Assembly (NCBI GenBank): GCA_045651805.1
Contig: JAZRTB010000032.1
Span: 14,178 to 78,177, forward strand
Reading direction: 5' to 3'
Length of the DNA stretch: 64,000 nt
From: Clostridia bacterium
GTDB lineage: Bacteria > Bacillota > Clostridia > UMGS1883
Shown in pieces: positions 1 to 10,638 of this stretch; positions within the stretch are counted from its first letter, which is position 1, and each line of letters begins with the position of its first letter. Position numbers and translations under genes: made by a program. A model generated the notes under the pieces. It was not told the origin of the DNA. It searched no databases and saw only the letters and a list, made by a program, of their open reading frames with translations.

Positions 1-426
1 TCCGAATGTGACGGAATAGGAGAAAAGACTATTATAACTGAAATGATAAGAAGTGACTATGGTAACGAAATTAAAACTGTCTATGAAGATATTTATTACA
101 ATGGAAGACATAATATAGAGAAGTTTGCGGAATATGTTTTTGATGCCGCAGAAAACGGAGATAATGTCGCCAAAGAAATCATTAAACGAAATATGTCTGA
201 AACAGTAAAGTTCGTTGAGGTTTTGGCAAAAAATTTCGGCGACAGAAAAATCCCCATTGTTTTATTGGCTATAGGAATGGACAAGGACTGCAGACTCGAC
301 TATTTAAAAAATGAATTCAAAACTCCGGAAAAATATGATATTTCGTTTTTTAACGGCGATCCGACAATGGGTGCGGTATTACTTGCAAAGAAGGAATACG
401 AAAAAATGTTTCCTGAAGAAAACTGA
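1..426 (+). CDS. C-terminal fragment of a BadF/BadG/BcrA/BcrD-type ATPase (N-acetylglucosamine-kinase-like sugar kinase); gene begins upstream of window
   Basis: Reading frame is open from base 1 to the stop at 426. The C-terminal motif ...GDPTMGAVLLAKKEYEKM resembles the C-terminus of the BadF-type ATPase / GlcNAc kinase family. Family assignment is by eye only. Confidence 0.45.
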   Translation, partial: SECDGIGEKTIITEMIRSDYGNEIKTVYEDIYYNGRHNIEKFAEYVFDAAENGDNVAKEIIKRNMSETVKFVEVLAKNFGDRKIPIVLLAIGMDKDCRLDYLKNEFKTPEKYDISFFNGDPTMGAVLLAKKEYEKMFPEEN

Positions 427-467
427 TTATAATTAAAATTTATATATAACAAAAGTTAAGGAAGTGT

Positions 468-1436
468 ATGAAAATGAATAACAATAATTCGATTGAATGG
501 ATATGCTATCTTATGATAAGCAATCATATGTGGGATGATGAGTTTACTCCTCCCAGATACCATAATATGCCCCCGAGATATAATCCCGAAAATATCAATG
601 ATATGTCTTTCTGGGATGAAATTATAAAGTTCCTTGCAGAACGTAAGTATACTGCAGTATTTATCGAAGTTGGTGACGGTGTGGTGCTTGATAAGCATCC
701 TGAAATTGCCGCCCCCAATGCATGGTCAAAGGCACAGCTTAAAGAAGTTCTTAAAAAGTTCCACGATGTTGGTATCAAGACTTGGCCACGTATGGACTTC
801 TCAACAGCTCACGATACATGGACAAAGGAATACAGATACAAGCTTTGCTCTCCCGAATATTATCAGTTCGTTGGCGATGTAATTGATGAAATCTGTGAAA
901 TTTTTGAAACTCCTTATTGCTTCGATATCGTAATGGACGAAGAAAACTATGCAAATCAGGTTTACCGTGGAATGGCACGTATCAGACACGAGCACCTTTA
1001 TTGGCACGATGTACACTTTATGATTGACAGAGTGGAGAAGAACGGTGTAAGAGCGTCGATGGCGGCTGACTATTTCTGGCATCACGAAGAAGAATTTGCA
1101 AGAAATGTTCCCAAAACAGTTCTTGTAAGAAACTGGTACTATGAGCATTTCCGTGACTGGCCCGAAGATGATTATAACTATCCCGGTATGCACGCATACA
1201 GAAAGCTTGAAGTGCTTGGCTACGATCAGCTTTGCGCTTGTTCAACATGGCTCCGTAATGAAAATCCCGAGGAGACTGTTGTAAATGTATCCAAAACAGT
1301 TGCTCCCGAAAGACTTAAAGGTTTTGTAACTCTTTTGTGGTGTCATATGGATTGGGATAATGAGTATTATCTTAAGAACGACATTCATCAGCTTTACCTT
1401 GCGAGAAAGAAACACTATCCCGAAACGTTGAATTAA
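468..1436 (+). CDS. Uncharacterised protein, paralog of 15246..16244; possible TIM-barrel glycoside-hydrolase-like enzyme
   Basis: 322-aa ORF with an RBS-like AAGGAAG upstream. It is clearly homologous to the 332-aa ORF at 15246..16244 (shared WDDE/WW.KY N-terminus, VGDGV, NFSTxHDxW, (G)MDEE motifs). No known family recognised with confidence. Confidence 0.6.
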   Translation: MKMNNNNSIEWICYLMISNHMWDDEFTPPRYHNMPPRYNPENINDMSFWDEIIKFLAERKYTAVFIEVGDGVVLDKHPEIAAPNAWSKAQLKEVLKKFHDVGIKTWPRMDFSTAHDTWTKEYRYKLCSPEYYQFVGDVIDEICEIFETPYCFDIVMDEENYANQVYRGMARIRHEHLYWHDVHFMIDRVEKNGVRASMAADYFWHHEEEFARNVPKTVLVRNWYYEHFRDWPEDDYNYPGMHAYRKLEVLGYDQLCACSTWLRNENPEETVVNVSKTVAPERLKGFVTLLWCHMDWDNEYYLKNDIHQLYLARKKHYPETLN

Positions 1437-1457
1437 AATAAAACGGAGGAGAAAGAA

Positions 1458-2984
1458 ATGAAATTTTCAAAATTAGCAGCTATTATGACTGCAGGCGTTC
1501 TTGCATTCAATATCTGCGCGATGAGTGTATCAGCAAATGAAAAAATAACTTTCGGAGAAATGGTTGCCGAAACAAATGACGGAACTACCACAGTAACCGT
1601 TACTGCGGATAAAGTATCCGCAGGACAGGATGTGTGCCTCGTTGCGGCATATTTTGACGAATCGGGCAAGATTCTTTCAATCGGTTCATCGGTAAACTCT
1701 CTTGCAACAGACGGAGATACTCTTACAGTTTCTCTCACAGACAAGAGTGCAGAGGGCGGTGAACTTCGTTATTTCCTCTGGGACAGTCTTGCAGGACAGA
1801 TTCCGCTTCGTAACGGTGCACCTGCATCCCCGGAAAATGTGGTGGTAACTGAAACTACATTTTCATCGGCATCTTTATCATGGGATGCGGCAGAAGATGA
1901 CTATAACAGTGCCCAAACCTATAATATTTACGACGAAGGAATTCTTCTTGCGGAAGGCGTGTCGACCACTGAAAAAACAGTTGATGGACTTTTGTGGGGA
2001 ACAAAGTATAATTTTGAGGTTAAGGCTGTTGATGAAGAGGGGGCAGAGTCAGCCTACGGCACAACTACACCTTTTTTCACAGAAAGCATTATGACCTCTG
2101 TGACGGAAGGGAGCAAAATCGAAAACAGTTCAGAATTTGTATTCCAAGGTAAGATGGGAAATGACTATTGGCTTGGAACCTATATAGAAACAAGTGCGGC
2201 AGGACTTCCTTGTGTTGCAAATACCACGCGAGTATATAGCAGCACTCCAACTTATCTTTGCTTTGCATATACTCCTGAAAAGCTTGCAGAGTTAAGTGGT
2301 GTAAAGGACTACGTTCTTGAGCTTACATATTTTGACGACAACATAAACTACATTATGATTGAGTATAAGTACCTTGATGCTGCAGGTGCAGAAAAGCAGG
2401 GTAAAATTACCGGTCCGCAAAAGACAGGAACCAATACATGGAAAGTAGCAAGAATGAATGTAACTTTAGCGGGATCGCCTACTGCAAGTACTGCAAACCA
2501 TGATGGTGCATACACTTTCAGATTTTATGAAAATATCAGCGGAACTACGGGAAACGTTATTGGAAGTGTTGATGGTTATGATATTGGATTAAGAGTGCAC
2601 AGATTATCAGCAATGCCGAAGAGTGAATATTCTCCCAAAAATGCTTATTTCGTAGCAGAAAAGGTTAACTTTGCCTGCAATATGGATGCAGTAGATATGC
2701 AGCTTCTTACCTCGGAAACAGTAGATGACCGCAGGGCAATAAAGACCAACCGCTTTGAGGCGACTGTAACAGACACTATTGTTACAGGGGGAAGCAATAA
2801 ATACATAGAAGTTAATTATTACGCACCTGAAGAGGGTACAATCATCTCTGTCGGTGATGATGTAAGAGAAGTCGTATCCGACAGATGGCAGAAGGTAGTA
2901 TTTAATTCAGACGATGTTTCAGATATAGTTATTGAAGCAAATAAAGAAATTTATATACATTCTGTACGGTTAGTTGCAGAATAA
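1458..2984 (+). CDS. Secreted protein with fibronectin type III module (putative carbohydrate-binding/surface protein)
   Basis: RBS GGAGGAG is followed by an N-terminal signal peptide (MKFSKLAAIMTAGVLAFNICAMSVSA). The segment PENVVVTETTFSSASLSWD...YNIYDEG...GTKYNFEVKAVDEEG looks like an Fn3 domain. Confidence 0.7.
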   Translation: MKFSKLAAIMTAGVLAFNICAMSVSANEKITFGEMVAETNDGTTTVTVTADKVSAGQDVCLVAAYFDESGKILSIGSSVNSLATDGDTLTVSLTDKSAEGGELRYFLWDSLAGQIPLRNGAPASPENVVVTETTFSSASLSWDAAEDDYNSAQTYNIYDEGILLAEGVSTTEKTVDGLLWGTKYNFEVKAVDEEGAESAYGTTTPFFTESIMTSVTEGSKIENSSEFVFQGKMGNDYWLGTYIETSAAGLPCVANTTRVYSSTPTYLCFAYTPEKLAELSGVKDYVLELTYFDDNINYIMIEYKYLDAAGAEKQGKITGPQKTGTNTWKVARMNVTLAGSPTASTANHDGAYTFRFYENISGTTGNVIGSVDGYDIGLRVHRLSAMPKSEYSPKNAYFVAEKVNFACNMDAVDMQLLTSETVDDRRAIKTNRFEATVTDTIVTGGSNKYIEVNYYAPEEGTIISVGDDVREVVSDRWQKVVFNSDDVSDIVIEANKEIYIHSVRLVAE

Positions 2985-3005
2985 TATACCGAGGAGGGCT
3001 TTAAC

Positions 3006-5921
3006 ATGAAAAATAGAATATTTAATAAAGCCTTCACAGCATCATTGGTATGTATTTTCGTTCTTATTGTATCGGCAATGGTTTCCTTTGCTTCCCAGGA
3101 TGATGACTGGAGGACAGGTCAGATTGCCGTAACAGGCCCTGATATTCCGAAAGATGGAAATGCATATGTTATCTTCTCAGAAGTGGCCGAGGAGAAGGGG
3201 ATGGAATACATCAAACCCAACGGTGCGGGAAGGTATACTGATTTATACAGTGAACAGACCGTGTGGAACGGTGTGCAGTCACGTCAGGTATACGTTGAGA
3301 ACTATCTATACTTCAAGCTTGACGAAGGCTTTGCCGATGCAGAAGACAGAGTTTTTGAAATTACGCTTGATTACTGGGACTACGGCGGAGGCGGTTATTT
3401 CTATGTGGAATATCTTACTCCCGGCAGTAATGAAGTAGTAAATGCCAGAGTGTATAAGCTCGGTCTTGATGCAAACGGTGTAAAAACGGCCGGTACATGG
3501 TTTAGGGCAAAAGTTTATATCGACAATGCAGATTTCACCGGCAGAATGGATAACGGTGCATCATTCCGTATAAGGTCAGGTGCATACAACTCATTTTCAA
3601 AGGTTGAGGTGCGTAACCTCAGTAAAACTGCAACTGCCGATGAAGATTTCGGAGTATATAACATCAAAAAAGCAAACTCGCTTCACACACTTCGACTTTT
3701 TGAAGGTTTTGAAGGTGATGTTAATGAAAAGGGTGAGTTTAATCCCGATTTAACCCGTGTGCTTACAAAGGAAGAGGCGATTGTGCAGTTTATAAAGAGC
3801 TATAATCTTGAAGAAAAAGCTCTTTCCGAAAAGCACATTTCTACATTTACGGATGTAAGTGAAGATGTGAAATATTATGTAGGTCTTATGCAGCATATGG
3901 GGCTTATCGGAAGTGGTACAATCCTTGGAGCAAATGAGCCCCTTAAGCAGAAAGAAGCGGTAGAATGGTATCTTAAAATCCTTGATATAGATACAAAGGA
4001 TAAGGATATTTATCAGGTGGCTTTTGATAAAGGCATTATAAGTAAAGGCTCAATGATTTTCCAACCTGAAAAAAATCTTACTGTGGATAACTTTGTAGTA
4101 CTTGCCACAAACGTCCTTGCAATGAGTAACGAAAAGACGGGCTTTAACCTATTTACGGATATGTTTGAAAAAGGCATTTATAACGAGCAGGACATCAAGG
4201 ATGCCAATGACTCAAATATAACAAATTGGCTTCTTGAAAATTCTTTTAAGCTTGAACCTATCCATCATACAGACCCTTATTCGGGAAGAGAATATTATTC
4301 ACTCAGCTTCCTTGGAAGTTCGGCAATAAAGGACTACTATACGCAGAACTGTATGTCTATGGATATGAAAAAGCTCTATTTCCGTACAGAAGACCTTAAT
4401 CTTTTTGAGTATGATATGGAAACGGGTGAGTGTAAATATATAGGCACCTTAATGGAAGCCTGGAATTATATGGTGACACCGCTTAACAATTTATGGTATC
4501 TCAACAAAAAAGGGCAGATTATAAAGGTTAACCTTGAAACCTATGAACAGACGGTGGAAGGGGAATTGCCCGAGTTCCAAAAAAGACGAGGCGCGTCAAT
4601 GCTTCAGGTAAATAATGATGAAAGCAAGCTTTCCTTTGAGTGGTCAGATGCAAGTGGTCAGATTGATGTTACAAAGGAGCAGAGAATTCCTATTTACGAT
4701 ATAGTAAACAAAGAATGGGATTTAAGTCACAAATGGGGCTTCATAACTCCCTGGCATAATCCCAACCATATGTGTATCAATCCCAATCCCGCATATTCAA
4801 ACTATGTATTTTTCGCTCACGAAGGTAACTCCGTTGATATGGTCTTCGGAAACCAGCGTGCAGACGGACAGACACCACAGTATGACAGAGTATGGGCAGT
4901 AAATACAGATACTGACGAATATTACAATGTTTATGTGCAAAAGTATTTTGTGGAACCCGACCCCGATATACCGGGTAGCGGCTACACGGGGCAAAGCTCC
5001 GTTCACGAAGCTTGGTCAAATGACGGTGAATGGCTCTTTGTTGTAAAAAATGCCAAGAACACCGATAATATCACCCGTGAAATCAGGGAAGCAGGATGCG
5101 TTATGATGCGTCCTGACGGAAGCGATAAAAAGTATATTCCCACGCCGTATAATTTTACTCATGATAACGGCTATCCGGGATCAAGAATGGTTCACGGAAT
5201 GGTAAGTAATAATAACCGATGGGTAGCAGGTGATACAACCTATTCATCATCACACGGTTATTCTGACCTTTATCTTTTTGACACATGGACAGGCAAGGAA
5301 TATTTTCTTGCAAGAATTAACGAAACCGGTAATAACTTCGGTCACGTACATCCGCAGTTCAGCCCTGATGACAATATGGTAATTTTCGGCTTGTGGAGCG
5401 ACGACAACTCTCATCCCCAGGTTGGTTGGATAGACGTTTCCGATATTGTGAATGCTCCTATTGAAGGTGGCGAGTACAAACTTTCTGAAAGTTGCCGTAC
5501 ATTCGGTTATTCCGATTGTGAGCATTACATAATTCCGCAGTACGATGAAAATGAAGAAATAACAAGCTTTAAAGTTCCTGCAGGAAACAAGTTGTATGTA
5601 GATGTCAACAAGACGGTTGTTGAAAAAGACAACACTCCTGCAACAATTACAATAACCTACAAGGATGATACGAATATGCCGATTAAATTCACTTACTACA
5701 CATGGGAAGTGAACGGCAGAAAAGGAACCAACAGATTCAAAGAGCACACCGAGTATATTAACCGTAAGGGTACGGGCAAAGTGCTTACAAAGACATATAC
5801 CTTTGAAGATATATGCCTTGGAAATATGGAACTTTTCGGTTCCGACTTTAATTTATCTGCAGTAGGGGCAGACGCTGAAATTATCTCCGTTGATGTTTCG
5901 GTACCTGCCGGAAAGGAATAA
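3006..5921 (+). CDS. Large secreted protein (971 aa) with TolB/oligogalacturonide-lyase-like beta-propeller signature
   Basis: RBS GAGGAGGG with a signal peptide/TM (FTASLVCIFVLIVSAMVSFASQ). The central region has HPQFSPDDNMVIFGLWSDD and related TolB-like propeller motifs. Genomic context is a pectin/rhamnose locus. Domain call is tentative. Confidence 0.6.
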   Translation: MKNRIFNKAFTASLVCIFVLIVSAMVSFASQDDDWRTGQIAVTGPDIPKDGNAYVIFSEVAEEKGMEYIKPNGAGRYTDLYSEQTVWNGVQSRQVYVENYLYFKLDEGFADAEDRVFEITLDYWDYGGGGYFYVEYLTPGSNEVVNARVYKLGLDANGVKTAGTWFRAKVYIDNADFTGRMDNGASFRIRSGAYNSFSKVEVRNLSKTATADEDFGVYNIKKANSLHTLRLFEGFEGDVNEKGEFNPDLTRVLTKEEAIVQFIKSYNLEEKALSEKHISTFTDVSEDVKYYVGLMQHMGLIGSGTILGANEPLKQKEAVEWYLKILDIDTKDKDIYQVAFDKGIISKGSMIFQPEKNLTVDNFVVLATNVLAMSNEKTGFNLFTDMFEKGIYNEQDIKDANDSNITNWLLENSFKLEPIHHTDPYSGREYYSLSFLGSSAIKDYYTQNCMSMDMKKLYFRTEDLNLFEYDMETGECKYIGTLMEAWNYMVTPLNNLWYLNKKGQIIKVNLETYEQTVEGELPEFQKRRGASMLQVNNDESKLSFEWSDASGQIDVTKEQRIPIYDIVNKEWDLSHKWGFITPWHNPNHMCINPNPAYSNYVFFAHEGNSVDMVFGNQRADGQTPQYDRVWAVNTDTDEYYNVYVQKYFVEPDPDIPGSGYTGQSSVHEAWSNDGEWLFVVKNAKNTDNITREIREAGCVMMRPDGSDKKYIPTPYNFTHDNGYPGSRMVHGMVSNNNRWVAGDTTYSSSHGYSDLYLFDTWTGKEYFLARINETGNNFGHVHPQFSPDDNMVIFGLWSDDNSHPQVGWIDVSDIVNAPIEGGEYKLSESCRTFGYSDCEHYIIPQYDENEEITSFKVPAGNKLYVDVNKTVVEKDNTPATITITYKDDTNMPIKFTYYTWEVNGRKGTNRFKEHTEYINRKGTGKVLTKTYTFEDICLGNMELFGSDFNLSAVGADAEIISVDVSVPAGKE

Positions 5922-5926
5922 CGCCA

Positions 5927-7696
5927 ATGAGAAAAAATTTATTAATATTCACATTGATAATTGCTTTGCTATTATCGGCATGCAGCCTGAACGCAGGTGC
6001 GGAAGCTCCCTTCAGTCTTGATGCAAAGCTTGTTTACGGCGAGGATACAGTTAATCTTGAAATTTCGGGAAATACCTCGGCCCGCTACGGCCAGATTATA
6101 AGTGTAGTTGTTTATGAAATTGAATCTCCCGATAATGCACTTACCGTGACTCCTGCAGCGGATTATCCTCTGGCGGATATTACAAAGATTGTCAGAATGG
6201 ACGAAATCACTGCAGCTTATAACGGCGATTATGAAGCGGCACTTTCTTTTGAAGGTGTTGATGATGCAAAGTATTTTGTAATTCAGGTAACCGGTGGAGG
6301 TTACAAGAGAGGAAGCACTTCTGCATCAAAGCTTATCTACTACGAAAATCAGGAAACAATTGATTCTGTGACACTTCCCGCATTCAAGAATGCAAGCACA
6401 GAAGAACTTGATACTCTTCTTAAAGCAAAACAGCTCCTTCTCGGATATTACTGCGACAGTGATTATGAGGAAGGGAAGGAAGATATCGCATCACTTTTCG
6501 TAACAATCAGAGATGAGGACTATCCCGAAAACTTCACCACAATAAACGATGTTCAGGACGTTCTTGCGACTGTTGAAGTTCTCCGTGAAATCCGCACAAA
6601 TCCCGCGCCTTCTGAAATGCAGTTGCTTGCAGAAGCAAACAGTGAAGACCTCGCTTATGATTTTGCAGATTCCGACTATACGGAAAACAAGGAAGGCATT
6701 TTTGAAATGGCAGAAACAATTATGTCAGACAGTAAAAACCTTCCCGATTCTATGACAGATGTGAAAAGAATTCTTCGTCAGTCAACAGGTATGGTGCTTC
6801 TTAACGATATGGATGCCACACAGATGACAGACACCGTTAAAAAGTATGCCGATGTATTCGGAATTGATGTAGAAGACTACGAAGAAGCCTGCGAAGAATA
6901 CGGCGAAAACAATGTAAATATGGCTTTCGTTGAAAGAAACTTCACAGACCCTGCAAAAGTTCTTGAAGCTTATGAGGAATGCACAGACATTCTTAAAGAA
7001 GATGAAGAAGAATCTTCAGGCGGTAGCGGTGGCTCCGGTGGTGGAGACTCCGGCGGCGGTGGTGGTGGAAGCTTCGGCGGTGGCGGAAGCAGTACCATCA
7101 CAAAAGCTGAAATTGACAACGACATCATTGATGCAGGTAACGAAGAAATCGCAGAAAAGGTAAACGTAACTTTCGGCGATCTTGACGAAAACCATTGGGC
7201 GTATGAGCCTGTAGCATATCTTGCTGAAAAAGGCATTCTCAATGGTATGGGAGACGGCAGTTTTGCTCCGGACAGTGCAGTTACCCGTGAGCAGTTTGTA
7301 AAGATTATCGTGGAAGCTTTTAATGTTGAAGGTGTAACAACCAATGCTTTCACTGACGTTGAAAAGGGCAGATGGTCAGAAAAGTACATCCTTGCGGCAT
7401 TTGAAAACGGTATTGCAGGTGGTATGGGTAACGGAATTTTCGCTCCTGAAAAACCTGTAACACGTCAGGATGCGGCAGTTATGCTTAAGAGAGTTTGCGA
7501 CAAGTACGGCATTGAGCTTACAAACACTGAAAAGGCATTTTCAGATGATGATAAAATCGCTTCATATGCAAAGGATAGTGTAAAAGCGCTTTCAGGTGCA
7601 GGTGTTATAAACGGTTTTGAAGACGGTACTTTCCGTCCCGAAAACACTTTGACACGTGCACAGGCGGCAAAGATGATTTACGGATTGATTAAATGA
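5927..7696 (+). CDS. Lipoprotein with Gly/Ser-rich linker and three C-terminal S-layer homology (SLH) domains
   Basis: Lipobox LLLSAC after a signal peptide. Low-complexity linker SSGGSGGSGGGDSGGGGGGSFGGGGSS. Three SLH-like repeats follow (NHWAYEPVAYLAEKGILNGMGDGSFAPDSAVTREQF; GRWSEKYILAAFENGIAGGMGNGIFAPEKPVTRQDAA; ASYAKDSVKALSGAGVINGFEDGTFRPENTLTRAQAA). Confidence 0.8.
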   Translation: MRKNLLIFTLIIALLLSACSLNAGAEAPFSLDAKLVYGEDTVNLEISGNTSARYGQIISVVVYEIESPDNALTVTPAADYPLADITKIVRMDEITAAYNGDYEAALSFEGVDDAKYFVIQVTGGGYKRGSTSASKLIYYENQETIDSVTLPAFKNASTEELDTLLKAKQLLLGYYCDSDYEEGKEDIASLFVTIRDEDYPENFTTINDVQDVLATVEVLREIRTNPAPSEMQLLAEANSEDLAYDFADSDYTENKEGIFEMAETIMSDSKNLPDSMTDVKRILRQSTGMVLLNDMDATQMTDTVKKYADVFGIDVEDYEEACEEYGENNVNMAFVERNFTDPAKVLEAYEECTDILKEDEEESSGGSGGSGGGDSGGGGGGSFGGGGSSTITKAEIDNDIIDAGNEEIAEKVNVTFGDLDENHWAYEPVAYLAEKGILNGMGDGSFAPDSAVTREQFVKIIVEAFNVEGVTTNAFTDVEKGRWSEKYILAAFENGIAGGMGNGIFAPEKPVTRQDAAVMLKRVCDKYGIELTNTEKAFSDDDKIASYAKDSVKALSGAGVINGFEDGTFRPENTLTRAQAAKMIYGLIK

Positions 7697-7710
7697 GGAG
7701 GAGAATGAAT

Positions 7711-10569
7711 ATGAAATTTAATAAAAAAATATGTTCTCTGCTTATGGCGTTGATTCTTATGTTGTCAGTTGTTCCTGCCTTTGCAGAAGATACCGCGGAA
7801 ACCGTGAATACTCCTTCCGAAAGATATTATAAAGATGTGGAAATTCTCACATCTCTCGGAATTTACAGCTTTGGCGACAGAGCATTTGACAGCACCGTTA
7901 CCCGTGGCGAATTTGCAAAAATGGTTGCAGACCTCATTGGTGCAGATACTGCAGGAGCAGATTGTAACTGCTTTAGTGACGTAACTGCGGAAACTAAAAA
8001 CCGCGGTGCAATTCATGCAGTTTCATCAATGGGTCTTATGAACGGTATGGGTGATTCCACTTTCAGACCTGACGACAGTATTACATATATGCAGGCAATC
8101 AAGGTGCTTGTAAGTGCACTCGGCTACAAGCCTCTTGCAGATGCAGAGGGTGGCTACTATAACGGCTACCTTAAATGTGCACAGAATATCGGCTTGTATG
8201 TAAATAAAGCTACCGATTACAACAGTGCACTTACCTTTGAAAATGCGGCGGAACTTATTATAAAAACTGCTGAAACAGAAATCTTTGATATTGTTTCCGT
8301 AAGCGACAAAAGCTCTGTTTTTGAAGCTGTTGAAGGAAATACAGTGCTTAGTGTTTATCACAACATTTACTTCGGTGAAGGCAGAATGACTGACAACGGA
8401 ATTACCGCTCTTAATGGTACAACTGCCTTAAGCACAGAAAGTGTGAAAATCGGAAATAACGTTTTTGCAAAAGCCGATGAAAAGGCAAAGGATTATCTTG
8501 GTTATAACCTTGAATATTACTACAGAGATAATGGCGGAGTTTACACGCTTCTTTACGCAGGTGTTGATGAAAGAAAGAACGACAATGTAACAATTAACGC
8601 CGATGAGCTTCTTACAGATGACAACTCATTTTCAAAAACTTGCATAGTTGCAGAAGGCGGTTCAAAGAAAAAAGAGTACAAAATTTACCGTTATGCAACT
8701 CTTATTTATAACGGAGTTTATGATGCAACATTTACATCTGCTTCTCTTAAAATAAATCAGGGTTCAATAACTCTTATTGACTGCGATAATAACAGCGAAT
8801 ACGAAACAGTTATTGTTAATGAATACACAGACCTTGTTGTAAGCAGTTGTCAGGCAGAAAATGAAAAATTGATTGCTAAAAAATCTGTTGATACAGATTA
8901 TATGACAATCAACTACGGTGAATATAAGTTTGCAATCTTTGAAAACGAAAAAGGTGAGAAGATTGATCCCTCAACAGTAAAAGCGGACAATGTGATTTCT
9001 GCATTTCTCAGTAAAGACAAATCAAAGGCAAAATTCATTGTGTCGGCAATTACCGATGAAATCACAGTCGGAACTATTGACAATGAAGAAGAAACAATAG
9101 CTTATGACGGTGAAAAAGCCTATGTAATTTCTCCCGATTATGAAAGAGAGTCTCTTTCGGGGAGTTTGCAATATCCTGGAATAACACTTGGTGAAACATA
9201 TAAGATTTACCTTAACTTTGAAGGAAAAATAGCGGCGGCAGAAAAAACTGACGGTCGTATGCAGTATGCATATTATATGGGACTTTCAAAAGGTACGGGT
9301 CTTTCTTCAAATGATATTTATGTAAAGCTCTTCCTTGAATCAAATGATTGTGTATATGCCAAGGCAAGTAAAAAAATTGAGGTAAACTGTGTAAAAAAGC
9401 AGTCACCTTCAATGCTTTATGATGAAAATACAAAGCTTGTAGATGCGGAGGGGAATATGAAACCGCAACTTGTAAGAATTATCCTTAACTCAAAGGGTGA
9501 GCTTACAATGATTGAAACCGCACAGAATGATGAAGCGTATCTTAATAAGAATTATTCTGCCGCAACAACGGCACCAACAATTTACAGTATTGACCTTGAC
9601 AGATTTACACTTAATTATCAGGATATGCAGACTACAAACGCCTCGGCACCTGCAAGTACTGCGGCAAATGTGAAAATTGTTGCAGGTGGCTTTGCAGTTG
9701 ACAGAGAAACCAAATATTTTATCATAAGAAACACAAGCGACTCTTTTACAACAACAGATGAACAAGAGCTTGAAGTGGTTGATTACGATACCTTCGGAAA
9801 ACTTTACGGTAAAGCTCATATGAAGCTTTATGATGCTGATGCAACATGGATTTGCGGTGCAGCGCTTCTTTCACTTCCAACATCTTTAAATAACCGTTTC
9901 TTCACAGTTGCAGAAAGTCCAAGAATGGTTATGCGAGATGGTATGACAATTATGCAATTAAGCGGTTATTTTAAGAATAACTATTGGAACTTCTACGAAT
10001 CCGAAGAGAATATATTTTCCAATGCCGTAAAGGATGCAGGATATAGTGACGGCAGTGTAAAAAAAGGCGACGTTTTCCAGATTGCTTTTGACACAGACAC
10101 TATAAGTATAATAAGTGCACGTCTGGTATATTCGCCTTTAAGACATAACAAGGGAAGCTTTTATACACCGGTGTGGTCTGCTTCTATTAATGGTTCAAAT
10201 GATGAATTCTGGATGCTCGGAACAGTAATGTCATATAACAATGGAACTTTTGGCATCTATTCTGAAAATAAGCTGGGTCAGGCGGCAGATAACTACTGGA
10301 TGAAGCCACTTAATGCAGAAAGTAGTTATACATATTCTCCCATATTCTTGCCTAACTATCTTATAACGGCTCCCACCGTACTTCAGTTTGACTGTGCTAC
10401 AAAGGAGCTTACAAGAGTAACTCCTGATGATATTCCCGTTGGTGCAACAATAAATGCAACAGGCGATGGATTTGACATCATCGATATAAACACAATGGTA
10501 TTTGTAGGCAGAGCAAGAGCCGTGGTTTCGGACGTGTTAATTATCACAAATCTTGATGCGGTAAACTGA
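7711..10569 (+). CDS. Large surface protein with N-terminal SLH domains (cell-wall-anchored)
   Basis: RBS GAGGAGGA lies 7 nt upstream of the ATG at 7711; the ORF-track start at 7693 is also possible. Signal peptide is followed by three SLH-like repeats (YKDVEILTSLGIYSFGD...TRGEFAKMV; AIHAVSSMGLMNGMGDSTFRPDD...; YYNGYLKCAQNIGLY...). The remaining ~750 aa have no recognised domain. Confidence 0.75.
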   Translation: MKFNKKICSLLMALILMLSVVPAFAEDTAETVNTPSERYYKDVEILTSLGIYSFGDRAFDSTVTRGEFAKMVADLIGADTAGADCNCFSDVTAETKNRGAIHAVSSMGLMNGMGDSTFRPDDSITYMQAIKVLVSALGYKPLADAEGGYYNGYLKCAQNIGLYVNKATDYNSALTFENAAELIIKTAETEIFDIVSVSDKSSVFEAVEGNTVLSVYHNIYFGEGRMTDNGITALNGTTALSTESVKIGNNVFAKADEKAKDYLGYNLEYYYRDNGGVYTLLYAGVDERKNDNVTINADELLTDDNSFSKTCIVAEGGSKKKEYKIYRYATLIYNGVYDATFTSASLKINQGSITLIDCDNNSEYETVIVNEYTDLVVSSCQAENEKLIAKKSVDTDYMTINYGEYKFAIFENEKGEKIDPSTVKADNVISAFLSKDKSKAKFIVSAITDEITVGTIDNEEETIAYDGEKAYVISPDYERESLSGSLQYPGITLGETYKIYLNFEGKIAAAEKTDGRMQYAYYMGLSKGTGLSSNDIYVKLFLESNDCVYAKASKKIEVNCVKKQSPSMLYDENTKLVDAEGNMKPQLVRIILNSKGELTMIETAQNDEAYLNKNYSAATTAPTIYSIDLDRFTLNYQDMQTTNASAPASTAANVKIVAGGFAVDRETKYFIIRNTSDSFTTTDEQELEVVDYDTFGKLYGKAHMKLYDADATWICGAALLSLPTSLNNRFFTVAESPRMVMRDGMTIMQLSGYFKNNYWNFYESEENIFSNAVKDAGYSDGSVKKGDVFQIAFDTDTISIISARLVYSPLRHNKGSFYTPVWSASINGSNDEFWMLGTVMSYNNGTFGIYSENKLGQAADNYWMKPLNAESSYTYSPIFLPNYLITAPTVLQFDCATKELTRVTPDDIPVGATINATGDGFDIIDINTMVFVGRARAVVSDVLIITNLDAVN

Positions 10570-10638
10570 TATCAGTAAGTAGTAAATGATTTTAAGCAAT
10601 AATGCTTGAAATATAAAATTTGAAAGGAGAACAAAAAG

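Noticed and set aside
5250-5747. 165-aa minus-strand ORF (and similar ones at 8026..8361, 9490..9819, 18583..19092, 24111..24584)
   Set aside because: All are embedded antisense within long, well-supported plus-strand genes. They show no independent coding signal.
6970-7389. 139-aa minus-strand ORF rich in Pro/Ser
   Set aside because: It is the reverse complement of the Gly/Ser linker plus SLH region of the lipoprotein gene, so it is a compositional artefact.
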